This document shows positions 9,026-17,996 of a stretch of 31,305 bases of DNA, in pieces. The notes beneath the pieces were generated by a model. It did not search any database. It saw nothing but the letters and a program-made list of their open reading frames with translations, and was not told where the DNA came from. Position 1 is the first letter of the stretch. Every line of letters starts with the position of its first letter. This stretch comes from Amoeboradix gromovi X-113 (taxonomy: Eukaryota > Fungi > Sanchytriomycota). The stretch lies in the NCBI GenBank assembly GCA_018985225.1, contig JADGIF010000036.1, positions 1 through 31,305 of the forward strand. The letters run 5' to 3'. Position numbers and translations under genes: made by a program.

Positions 9026-9452
9026 GTATATGTTCCTTGCTGCCATATGGTCTCTATCTATCTTCAAATTACACTTTGTACAGGTTCAGGTTTCTAAGTT
9101 GGTCTCTTTAGAGTACCACACCTTGTACATGTCTGACTAGTAAATGATTCATTACACTCAACCATCGTCTTTCCTCTTTGTTTACACTTGAACTTCAAGC
9201 GTTCCTTGAATAAATTGTGCGGATATCTTATAGGCATTGAAAGACATCTAATTCTTCCATGTTTGGACCAGTTACTCGGCGTTGATGAATGTATGCTGTA
9301 CCTGTTATTTCTTTAGATTCAATTTACCTTTGCGAATAGGAAGAACATCGAGTATTTAAGCTATTTGAAAAATCTGGAAAAGTCTTGAAATTATACAAAA
9401 ATGCATACAAATCCGCGATAAATGATTTATTCAAGAAAACAATCGAGCTGTA
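8890..9452 (-). mobile_element. Non-autonomous IS607-like Fanzor2 element, copy B
   Basis: Minus strand runs TACAG-ctcgattgttttcttgaataaatc... then RYSIHSSTPSNWSKHGRIRCLSMP (about 9232-9302), then FKERLKFKCKQRGKTMVECNESFTSQTCTRCGTLK/NLET*TCTKCNLKIDRDHMAARNIY, ending ...ggacttttggcGAGGAG at 8890. Confidence 0.88.
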
Positions 9453-9527
9453 TTGTCAGTACCACGAGAATCTGTTTTAAGAGATCGCGTTTCCGAGACG
9501 ATATTTTCCAACTTAAACATCAAGCTA

Positions 9528-12500
9528 TCAACTTGCTCGTGCATTATCAACAAGGGTCGAGTCCTTCAACAAGTCTATTTTATTTTTTAAAAATTCCTTC
9601 AAGTCTCCAACTTCATAATAGTTTGGATTTATTTCTACTCGGCTATACCACCAACTCTTCTTCAGATAATCATATATTTCTTCATAATCACACTTCAGCC
9701 TCACAGCATCCTTGGTAACATCAAGTCTGGACTCTAAATATATTCCATCTTGTATTTCACTGATCTCATTTATTGAATCTTCATGACTCATTATCAGGTG
9801 TTCTCTTGCATTCAACTTGTTAACAACTATATCAGCTGGTATCTCCTTGAATATTGCTAAATCCACTGTGCCTCTAATGCTACTACATGCATCCGTAGCA
9901 ATCAAAATCAAACACTTTAAGATTCCGCTGTCGAAGAGGTTTCTAACTGTATCTGCGTCACTGCGGCTTAGCCGATCGTGCAGTATACCTATGTTAAACG
10001 CCAAGCCATACTCGAGCAGCGTGTCGTTGCATTTTATGGGTGCTGATTGCGAACCACTAGCAGCATGTTTAATGCACATCGCCATCGTAGTATTTTTCAA
10101 ATCATTATAATCATTGCAGTATACAATGCATTTACCAATAAGTTGAACATGTTTGTTCATCATTGCCAATCGATTCAACCTGTTAAATTCGACAAATGAC
10201 TTAAATTGGATTTTAGGGTTGTTAATGAATAAACCAGGTCTAAAGTTGTAGTGAGTGATGTCATAGCTGGTAATAGTTTGTTTTAAAGGAATGCTAGTGG
10301 CAATAATACGAATTTTGACAGAGTTTAGGATAAAACAAATAAAGTCAAAATCAGCAATTAAATGCACATCAACCAGTACACACGATTTTACGTTGCGAAT
10401 ATTTAGTTTTTTATTCAAGTAGGTATTAATAAACACAGTCGGAGTATAATTCTTGCTAGTGTTAACAATATCACTCGTATTGTTTGCATTGCTGATAATG
10501 ATTGCATCGTTGGGGATACAATCCAAGACGCTGATGAATGAGCTAACTAGTATGTTTTTAGTACCATGCTGTATCTCATGGTATAACTGAGTGGATATAG
10601 GATCGAGAAATTTATTGTCAATGTTCAAGGGACATAAATTCACAACGTCAGTATATTCTACAACATCGTACGGTATGATGATGTTATCAAGATTGATTGT
10701 TGATTTAAAAGTATAGTTTACTTGGTCATTCAATATTATGCAGGAAAGCTCACGAAATATGGGATCTGGGATCCTACAAGGACATTCTATGACTTGGGAA
10801 CTGTAGTCATTTATAACAAAGGATGAATAGTAAAGCGTATGATGATTAAATTCAATAAATAAATGGAATTTGTTGTATTTTAGTTGATATTCGGGGGAAA
10901 TTATAGCAGATATTATTAATTTGTGGCGGTGAACTGGTTTAACCTTGAAAGTTACATTGAGGTCTGGGTTGTAAATCGGAGACGGTGCTATAGGATTTAA
11001 TAACCAAGAAACATGCAAAGTGCTCTGAATCGAAGTCATATACTTGAGGTGAATGCACAGTTCAAACAATGCACGGCTGATTCTTTTAGAATTATCAACA
11101 ATGTAATATTGATCAGATTGTAAGGAAAAAGAATTTACAGGAAATTTATCCAACCAAGAGGCTAATAGAATGTTAGACTTTCCATGTGGATCACTACTAG
11201 TGCCTTTGATTTTATGAGTTATCTTATGATGCAATAAATCTAAAGTCTCTAACTCTTCATTTCTTGCTTTTATGCTCGAAAACTCGGTTGATTTACATAT
11301 ACACTGCAACACCGCATCTATATCCATTCTCTTGCTCACTAACCCTTGGAAATACAACTGAATACTCTCAACTGAAATGTAATAGTGACTAGCAATGATT
11401 CCTATTTGTGTTGGCATATAAAAGCCTTTAAAATTAGTAATGAGTTCGCAAGTTAAAAGTCTAGTTATGGCATTATTTATTAGCTTTGTCCTGTAATCTA
11501 CAAGATAAGGATCCTTTTCAATATCTGCATAATTTAATCCGTATGAATGTGGATTCTTTCTACTTCTTATGTGGAGGTAGCTAAACCCCATCCATTTTAT
11601 TGCATCTTCCATGCATATTATATTGCCCAAGACTATCTCACTATTTAAGTAATCTTTTAAGTGGATCTCAAACTGTGATTCAATAGGCATTGACATTGAC
11701 AAGTGTTGTACGTAATGTTCCATTTTATCGCTACTGGTTACCAACATGCCTGTTCCTTCATTTTCGAACTGTGGTCTTCCTGCTCTGCCAAAGATTTGAG
11801 CAACATCCAAAATGTCTAAATCTTTAAAATCAGACTTACTTGGATCATAAACTGATGTGCCATGTATGATTACCATACTACTAGGTAAATTGACTCCCCA
11901 TGCCAGTGTAGCTGTGCAAACCAAGAGTCTTAAATCACCCTCTAAGAAGAATTTTTCAATCATGTTTCTATCGTGTCTTAATAAGCCTGCATGGTGAACC
12001 CCTATACCGCACTGCAGTAATTGCAAAAATTGCTTATTTTTCAATTTGTTAAGCAGTTTTAAGTAAAAATGATTCGCTGATTTATCAAACAACTCAGAGC
12101 TTGTGTTGTTGTCAAATTCTTGCATAAGCTTAGCTACTCTCAAGGTATCATTGCGCGAGTGTACGAATATCATAACTTGTTTTTCGTTTTTCAAAAATGG
12201 AACTATTTTATCAAAGACTGCTCTACTGGTAGCCATTTTACATTTGAAGTCTTTTTGCTTGTAATTAACACTTAAAATATGCTGAGTTAAAGGGACTGGT
12301 CTGTAGTTGTTGTCAAATACGAGCAAGCCTTTCCTGTAGTCAGCCTTGATAAAATCAGCCACGTCAAAATGATTTGGAACTGTAGCGGATAAGCCAACCA
12401 TTCTAATGATTTGTTGACTAGATTCTACAAACTGCTGAATTCTAGCAACTAGGCACTCTAATACGGCTCCACGCTCGCTTTGCAGTAAATGAATTTCATC

Positions 12501-13388
12501 AATAATCAGCAGTTGTAGGTTACTCATAAAAGGATGATGGCCATGCATTTTGCGGGTAAGTACATCACACTTTTCAGGGGTAGTTACGATGATGTTGGAT
12601 CGCAATAGTTCCTGGCGAGTTAGTTGGATGTCACCACTGACTTCTTTGACATTTAGACCTAATTTGGATAGCGACTTTCTGAATTTGGCCGTAATCTCAG
12701 AAACTAGAGCCTTCATTGGAGCTATGTACACAATTTTAATGGAGTTTAGTTGAGATTTGGGAGCATTTTGTATTACTCGAGCGATTGTGAGCAGCGAGAT
12801 ATTTGTTTTACCAGCACTTGTGGGAGCACTGAGTAGTATGTTTTCATTAGAATTATAAGCAGTATTGAACACTATAGATTGCATTTCATTGAAAGCAGAG
12901 ATGTTGGTAAATATTGACTGGATTAAATCATCGCAATCAGAAATTTGGATAATTGGAGTGGGTGTTTGATTTACTTTAGGCGGAGGAGGAAGAATAATTT
13001 CTTTATACTCATCAGACGTAATAACAGTTGCATTTAATGGTAGAGAGAATTTATGACCAAATGCATCGAGCATTTTACGGTTTTGAGAGCTAAAAATAAA
13101 AGGAAACTCTTTATCTTGAGTATCCGTGGATTCTACAGGCTGGAAATCATTAACAGACATATGGATAGGCAATCTAGCCAAGACCTCACTTTTATGGTGC
13201 TGTAGCAGTGAAATAAATTCCACTTTATCATACCCTACACTTTGCAAAAAATCATCCCAGTTATCAGTATTATATGCTTGTTTTAACGATTGAAAAGGGC
13301 AGTCTATAGAATCCATCCATTCGAATAATGATAGCAAAGACAACTCATTGTTGATTCTGGTCTGTAAATTAGGTTGCTGGTTAGTCAT
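9528..13388 (-). CDS. SLH1: Ski2-like helicase of ASCC3/Slh1 type with a degenerate second cassette
   Basis: APTSAGKT, YIAPMKAL, TTPEK, DEIH, GLSAT, HHAGL, TATLAWGVNLP and LDVAQIFGRAGRPQFE (ASCC3-type rather than Brr2-type), plus a Sec63-like region. First in-frame ATG is at 13388; the ORF track starts at a TTG. Confidence 0.85.
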   Translation of the reverse strand: MTNQQPNLQTRINNELSLLSLFEWMDSIDCPFQSLKQAYNTDNWDDFLQSVGYDKVEFISLLQHHKSEVLARLPIHMSVNDFQPVESTDTQDKEFPFIFSSQNRKMLDAFGHKFSLPLNATVITSDEYKEIILPPPPKVNQTPTPIIQISDCDDLIQSIFTNISAFNEMQSIVFNTAYNSNENILLSAPTSAGKTNISLLTIARVIQNAPKSQLNSIKIVYIAPMKALVSEITAKFRKSLSKLGLNVKEVSGDIQLTRQELLRSNIIVTTPEKCDVLTRKMHGHHPFMSNLQLLIIDEIHLLQSERGAVLECLVARIQQFVESSQQIIRMVGLSATVPNHFDVADFIKADYRKGLLVFDNNYRPVPLTQHILSVNYKQKDFKCKMATSRAVFDKIVPFLKNEKQVMIFVHSRNDTLRVAKLMQEFDNNTSSELFDKSANHFYLKLLNKLKNKQFLQLLQCGIGVHHAGLLRHDRNMIEKFFLEGDLRLLVCTATLAWGVNLPSSMVIIHGTSVYDPSKSDFKDLDILDVAQIFGRAGRPQFENEGTGMLVTSSDKMEHYVQHLSMSMPIESQFEIHLKDYLNSEIVLGNIICMEDAIKWMGFSYLHIRSRKNPHSYGLNYADIEKDPYLVDYRTKLINNAITRLLTCELITNFKGFYMPTQIGIIASHYYISVESIQLYFQGLVSKRMDIDAVLQCICKSTEFSSIKARNEELETLDLLHHKITHKIKGTSSDPHGKSNILLASWLDKFPVNSFSLQSDQYYIVDNSKRISRALFELCIHLKYMTSIQSTLHVSWLLNPIAPSPIYNPDLNVTFKVKPVHRHKLIISAIISPEYQLKYNKFHLFIEFNHHTLYYSSFVINDYSSQVIECPCRIPDPIFRELSCIILNDQVNYTFKSTINLDNIIIPYDVVEYTDVVNLCPLNIDNKFLDPISTQLYHEIQHGTKNILVSSFISVLDCIPNDAIIISNANNTSDIVNTSKNYTPTVFINTYLNKKLNIRNVKSCVLVDVHLIADFDFICFILNSVKIRIIATSIPLKQTITSYDITHYNFRPGLFINNPKIQFKSFVEFNRLNRLAMMNKHVQLIGKCIVYCNDYNDLKNTTMAMCIKHAASGSQSAPIKCNDTLLEYGLAFNIGILHDRLSRSDADTVRNLFDSGILKCLILIATDACSSIRGTVDLAIFKEIPADIVVNKLNAREHLIMSHEDSINEISEIQDGIYLESRLDVTKDAVRLKCDYEEIYDYLKKSWWYSRVEINPNYYEVGDLKEFLKNKIDLLKDSTLVDNARAS

Positions 13389-13449
13389 GCCACAGTGTTT
13401 AGACTCCAAAAATAAAATCTCAAGTTATTTATTGAGGACTTATTGAGAC

Positions 13450-14170
13450 AACAATTCCTTAAGACTAAAATAACAATTTCCATAGAAAAAAGCGAATAAG
13501 CAGTTTGAACCAATTACTGCAAACTCTGGTTTCTCTTGAAGTAGCTGTGTCAATCTTTTGATCAAAGGTTGTTGCAAACATTGCACTCAATATAGATAAG
13601 ACTCAAGTCTCTTGGTTAAACCGTAAGTTAGAATGCTTCAAGCTGCTCATTAGCAATTAGGCTATAATTACTATAGTTCACTCAACAAATTATTTAACAT
13701 TAAATTTACTTTTGAATTTAAATAGCCCTAAAGGTCTTTGGCTCTTCTTATCAAAGGCATTATTGTAAAACCGTTCATCCCAAAATTTAACAAAGTGTTA
13801 AAAACATCAGCCCTTTTACTCAGTGATCTGTTCTTTAAAGGATACGCACCATTTAGATTTCCGATAGGGACTCCTAGTATCAACAAAAGTTGCATCATTT
13901 TTCTCAGATTGGGGTGTTTCTAGTTGATTACGATCATTGTACAAGTTCGAGGCACGTGTGCAACATTCATGAACACAAATTTCACTTCAGAAATCTATGC
14001 TTTATCCAAATTGCATTCTTAAGGAAGTACACAGTACTAGGCAAATACTTCTGTTCTCGTTTACTATTGGTCCTACATCATTTTCTAACAGAAATTTGAT
14101 GGCTTGAATGTCATTGTAACACAATCTCACATTTGGATCTAAGACATCGGGCTACTTTGATAGCCTCATT
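13450..14170 (-). pseudogene. Possible decayed ankyrin-repeat gene
   Basis: Broken minus-strand frames give IQAIKFLLENDVGPIVNENRSICL, MMQLLLILGVPIGNLNGAYPL and RADVFNTLLNFGMNGFTIMPLIRRA, which resemble ankyrin LL-x-x-G...PL units. Multiple stops. Confidence 0.3.
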
Positions 14171-14343
14171 CACTTATTTCGTTAATCGAATTTTCGTAGA
14201 GGCAACCCCGATTTATTTTGGAAAACATGAGACATTAAACAGAAGAACTGGACAAAGTATTTGGAAAATTAGACATCATAAGATAAAAAACAATAAATTT
14301 ATATACTAATAGCTACAACAAAATTAGAATGCTACTTAGTGAT

Positions 14344-14500
14344 TTAATTTACTCACTAGACAACTCCTCATTAAAAGTCCTGATTTCTGAGAAAAATCGA
14401 GAATTTCCACAGAGAAAGTAGCAGTGCTAGTTTCTCCGTTACAGTGATTGCTCACGCTTTCACTACCCTGAGGCGGGATTGAATAAGGATGCAGATACTT
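14344..14500 (-). ncRNA. Putative Fanzor omegaRNA, copy C
   Basis: GUGA-tetraloop hairpin identical to copy A, TAGC-act-GCTA hairpin, GATTT/AAATC hairpin, loop CCTCA complementary to terminal TGAGG, then flank TTGTCTAGTGAGTAAATTAA. Confidence 0.55.
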
Positions 14501-14925
14501 GATGTATATGTTCCTTGCTGCCATATGGTCTCTATCTATCTTCAAATCATACTTTGTACAGGTGCAAGTTTCTAAGTTGGTTTTCTTTAGAGTACTGCAC
14601 CTTGTACATGGCATCGAATTTGTTCCTTGGTGCCATGTGGTCCAAGTCCACTTCCAAACGACACTATGTACATGAATAGCTCTCTAAATTGGTTTTCTTT
14701 AGAGTCCCACATATTGTACATGTCATCGAATTTTCGTGTTTGGACCAGTTCCTCATTCTGAGACGAATGTATGCTGTACCTGTTAATTATTTATTTAGAA
14801 TTGATTTACCATTTGCGGAAAGGAAGAATATCGAGTATTTAAGCTATTAGAAAAGTCTTGAAATTATACAAAAATGCATACAAATTCGCGATAAATCACC
14901 TATTGAAGAAAATAGTCAAGCTGCA
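14364..14925 (-). mobile_element. Non-autonomous IS607-like Fanzor2 element, copy C (with internal 112-bp duplication)
   Basis: Minus strand runs TGCAG-cttgactattttcttcaata... then RYSIHSS/MRNWSKH, then two tandem Zn-ribbon/RuvC-III segments (the second CTRCSTLKKTNLETCTCTKYDLKIDRDHMAARNIYIKYL), ending ...ggacttttaatGAGGAG at 14364. Confidence 0.88.
14509..14732. repeat. Diverged tandem duplication, 2 x 112 bp, inside element copy C
   Basis: 14509-14620 versus 14621-14732 align without gaps, about 28 mismatches in 112 by manual count. Confidence 0.85.
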
Positions 14926-15294
14926 TGAAAAATGAACTTTCAAGACAAACAAAAAGTTCCGATATTGAGATCGCAGTAGATCATTTCAATGACTCTAAAC
15001 CAGTGAATATTTCAATTAAATTTTAAAAACTTAATCCGGACAATTAACCAGATTATTTCAGCCATAAAATGCTTGATAAATGTGGCAAATGACAAAATTG
15101 ACAGATAAGTACCACGATTAGAAGTATTTTGACTAGTATCTAGTTGGTTAAATACAGATACACTTAAAATAGTTTGTTGATCTAGTTTTTGCAGTGGGTA
15201 TCTCAAACAATTGTAAAACACACGTTTTTCCATGTTTGATGAAATTCTACAAATTCACCAATTAGAATCCCCTAACTAATAAAACACGCTTCTC

Positions 15295-16690
15295 ATGAAT
15301 AAACAGACTCAAATTACGCTGGTTGCAAGTTTGGGTGCATTTTTATTTGGTGCTGACAGTGGATTAATCAATAAAATTCAAACATTGGCAACATTTTTAA
15401 ATCAATTCGAATTAAATAGCAGTGTTCTCGGTCTCATAGTGATGTCAGGGCTTTTTGGCTGCATGGTCGGTTCTATTTCCTCCGGAGTGTTAGCTGACAG
15501 CATAGGTAGGCGCAACTGTATGATGTTTAATTCCGTAATTTTCCTTTTTGGTACTTTTGTTCAGATTTTGTCAACAGGTATAAACTTCTTTTTATTTGGC
15601 AGGTTCATAGCTGGTGTGGCTATCGGTGCTCTGTATACCACTGCACCTCTTTATGTTAGTGAAGTTTGTGACTCGAACAATCGAGGTAGACTGGTTAGTT
15701 TGCAGCATCTAGCCATTTCCTTTGCAAACCTACTGGTGTTTGTGGTTGTTTACTACTTGGAAGATTTAAGCTTGTTTATGCTGGTCGATTGGCAATTGGC
15801 AATCTTAATTCAAATTGTTCCTGTTATTTTGCTTATGATTGGCTGCCTTTATCTTCCAAAGTCTCCTAGATGGCTAATAATGAAGAAAGATTATGATGGT
15901 GCTAGAGAAGCTCTGCATATAATTTACAAGGAGAGTGATGAGTCAAATGCAAAAAGATTTAATTTAATATACGATTCTCTATCGAGAGAGCTAAAGCAAA
16001 TGAGTTGGAGCCAAGTCGTTACCATATATTGGCGTAGATTACTTATGGGAATGACATTGCAAATGTTTAAACGACTCTCTGGGGTAAATGCACTGTTGTA
16101 CTGTTCTACAAAGCTGTTCCTTCAGGTAGTACCCTCATATGCTAACGAGCTTTCTATCATTCAGAACGTTCTTAATTTTTTGTTCACTGCACCATCGATT
16201 GTTCTTATAGAGCGTCTTGGTAGAAAAACTCTTTTGGTGGTAGGGGCTACAGGCTGTTGTATTGGTCTATTTTTGACAGGCAGTGGAATGCTCTTTGACA
16301 TTCCTTTAATTGCTGTTATAGGTGTATTTATAGCTGTTGCTAATTTTGGATATTCTTTGGGTACTTTTAATTAATATAGGACCTGTGCCAATAGTTGTAT
16401 GCGTAGAAATATTTCCATTGCAAATGAGATCTAGAGGCCAAGCAGCCTGCATGGCAAGCAATTGGCTCTTTACGTTACTAGTTAATTCATTAACTCCGAT
16501 AATGATTGACGTGTTCCATGCCTACACTTTCTATATATTCTCATTATGTTGCTTTATTTTTGTGATATGGTTAGTGATAGAATTACCGGAGACCAAAGGA
16601 CTAAGTTTGGAAGAAGTCAACGAAATGCTAAATAAGCGACATTGTACTACAAGTAGTATAAAGAGTTTTGAGATGGATGGGAAAGACTAA
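15295..16690 (+). CDS. MFS sugar porter (exons 15295-16360 and 16380-16690)
   Basis: GAFLFGADSG, ADSIGRR, GRFIAG, PLYVSE, RGRLVS, PKSPRWL, IERLGRK, EIFPLQMRSRG, NWLF, PETKGLSLEE. A 19-nt intron joins the two ORFs as GYSLGPVP. Confidence 0.92.
16361..16379 (+). other. 19-nt spliceosomal intron in the sugar porter
   Basis: GTACTTTTAATTAATATAG. Excision gives TTG G|GA CCT GTG (LGPV). Confidence 0.88.
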
Positions 16691-16803
16691 AGAAGCTTAC
16701 TAGCAGGCGCATTAATTAATAAACATAGCAGTTGCTTAGTAATTATATCTTTTTATGCAAATCCACCAAAAAATCCGAGGAGGCGAAAACTGTCACAGAA
16801 CGT

Positions 16804-17625
16804 ATGGCACAGAACTTATCTTCCAGTGAGAAAGACTTACATGCCTATAAAGAAATTGGGAAATCAAAGAGGTTAGCGAGAAATTCGCACAGTAAGCTAA
16901 CGTTTCCAGTCAAATTTAATCACAAAAAAGTTAGCTTGAAAAAACTGTCTGTACTAGATAAAAAAGGCAAAACTGCTGAGAGACCGCAGCCGCAATGGAA
17001 GCATTTTAGTAAACTGCACGGTAATCCCAAGATCATTGGCGACAAAGAGAAGTGGATTTGTAAGCATTGCAATTCTGAGTTGGTTCACCGAAGTTCGTCA
17101 ATCTGTTACCATATCCATTATGGTTGCAAAAGCTTACCTGTTGGCGCAAGAGAAGAATTTCTCATTGCCTTCAACAAGAGTCCAATTCAGAGTCGTGAAA
17201 ATAAATCTAGAGTGGCTACAGCCCCTCGTAAAATAGCTGAAAAATTCATGAATGTGGTGCATGAACGGGCCGATAAATCTTTCAATAAGTCTAGCATTTC
17301 TAGAGATACTTCTAAGCTTACTCGAAGCTGCGAGCCACGGCCAGCGACTACTATATCACGTGAAACCCCGATTTCAAAAAATTCTAAGCCATTACAAACT
17401 GAAGAGATTTATGGCTGCGCAAATGATATAATAGACACTAATGCGCTTGCTAAAATTCAATTCATCGCTCCTAAATCATATACATTTATCACAAACCAAC
17501 AGGAGCTCCAAATATCTATTATCCAGGCTATGAAATCTGCTGAGCTACAATCAGCTTTCCAGCAGTTAATAAAAACCTCAGTTAGGGATGCATTATTACC
17601 TCTATTAGACAATAAATCTGTTTGA
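16804..17625 (+). CDS. BED-type zinc finger protein
   Basis: QWKHFSKL...WICKHC...ICYHIHYGC matches the BED finger pattern (W-x-HF, CxxC, H-x4-C). First ATG at 16804. No transposase catalytic domain visible. Confidence 0.6.
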   Translation: MAQNLSSSEKDLHAYKEIGKSKRLARNSHSKLTFPVKFNHKKVSLKKLSVLDKKGKTAERPQPQWKHFSKLHGNPKIIGDKEKWICKHCNSELVHRSSSICYHIHYGCKSLPVGAREEFLIAFNKSPIQSRENKSRVATAPRKIAEKFMNVVHERADKSFNKSSISRDTSKLTRSCEPRPATTISRETPISKNSKPLQTEEIYGCANDIIDTNALAKIQFIAPKSYTFITNQQELQISIIQAMKSAELQSAFQQLIKTSVRDALLPLLDNKSV

Positions 17626-17659
17626 TGTTATTTTCTTAAGTTTCTGATTTAATATGAAT

Positions 17660-17973
17660 CATATGGGACACCAAATATAAGACTAGATCAAGTCGTTTTT
17701 AAAGTAGGTACTCCATAAGGAGGACATACTATTATTAATCAAAGCCCTTTTTATTTCAAACTAATTTCTTTCATTAATGTCATTCCTCTCTTTAAAATAA
17801 GACAAGATGACCACTATGTCTTTCAAGTATACGAGGTCTTTGAGTGTCTAAGCAAAAAGTGCAACCAATCTGATTAATTAAGTTTAGTTTACCATCGGTT
17901 AATACACACTTGAAATAATGATTCAAACTATTTAAGAAAGTAAGTCTAGTTTTTATATTTGATGTCCCATATG
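17660..17973 (-). mobile_element. Tc1/mariner-derived MITE/deletion derivative, copy 1 (314 bp)
   Basis: Terminal inverted repeats CATATGGGACACCAAATATAA.. / ..TTATATTTGATGTCCCATATG, with TA on the right flank (17974-17975). Internal minus-strand FKCVLTDGKLNLINQIG resembles the first DDE motif (VxFSDEKKFNLDGPDG) of Tc1/Tc3 transposases. Homologous to 22340-22512. Confidence 0.75.
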
Positions 17974-17996
17974 TACTGGAAATTAAACTCAATAAT

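Noticed and set aside
13389-13409. TTG/GTG starts given by the ORF track (helicase 13409, MOB1 6864, BED protein 16732, midasin 31170)
   Set aside because: Eukaryotic locus: nearby in-frame ATGs are used instead, and the midasin frame continues beyond the window.
14336-14614. 92-aa ORF (and ORFs 2154-2342, 2258-2488) as functional mini-proteins
   Set aside because: They are fragments of the deleted Fanzor gene lacking RuvC-I and the N-terminal domains. The 92-aa ORF runs past the element boundary.
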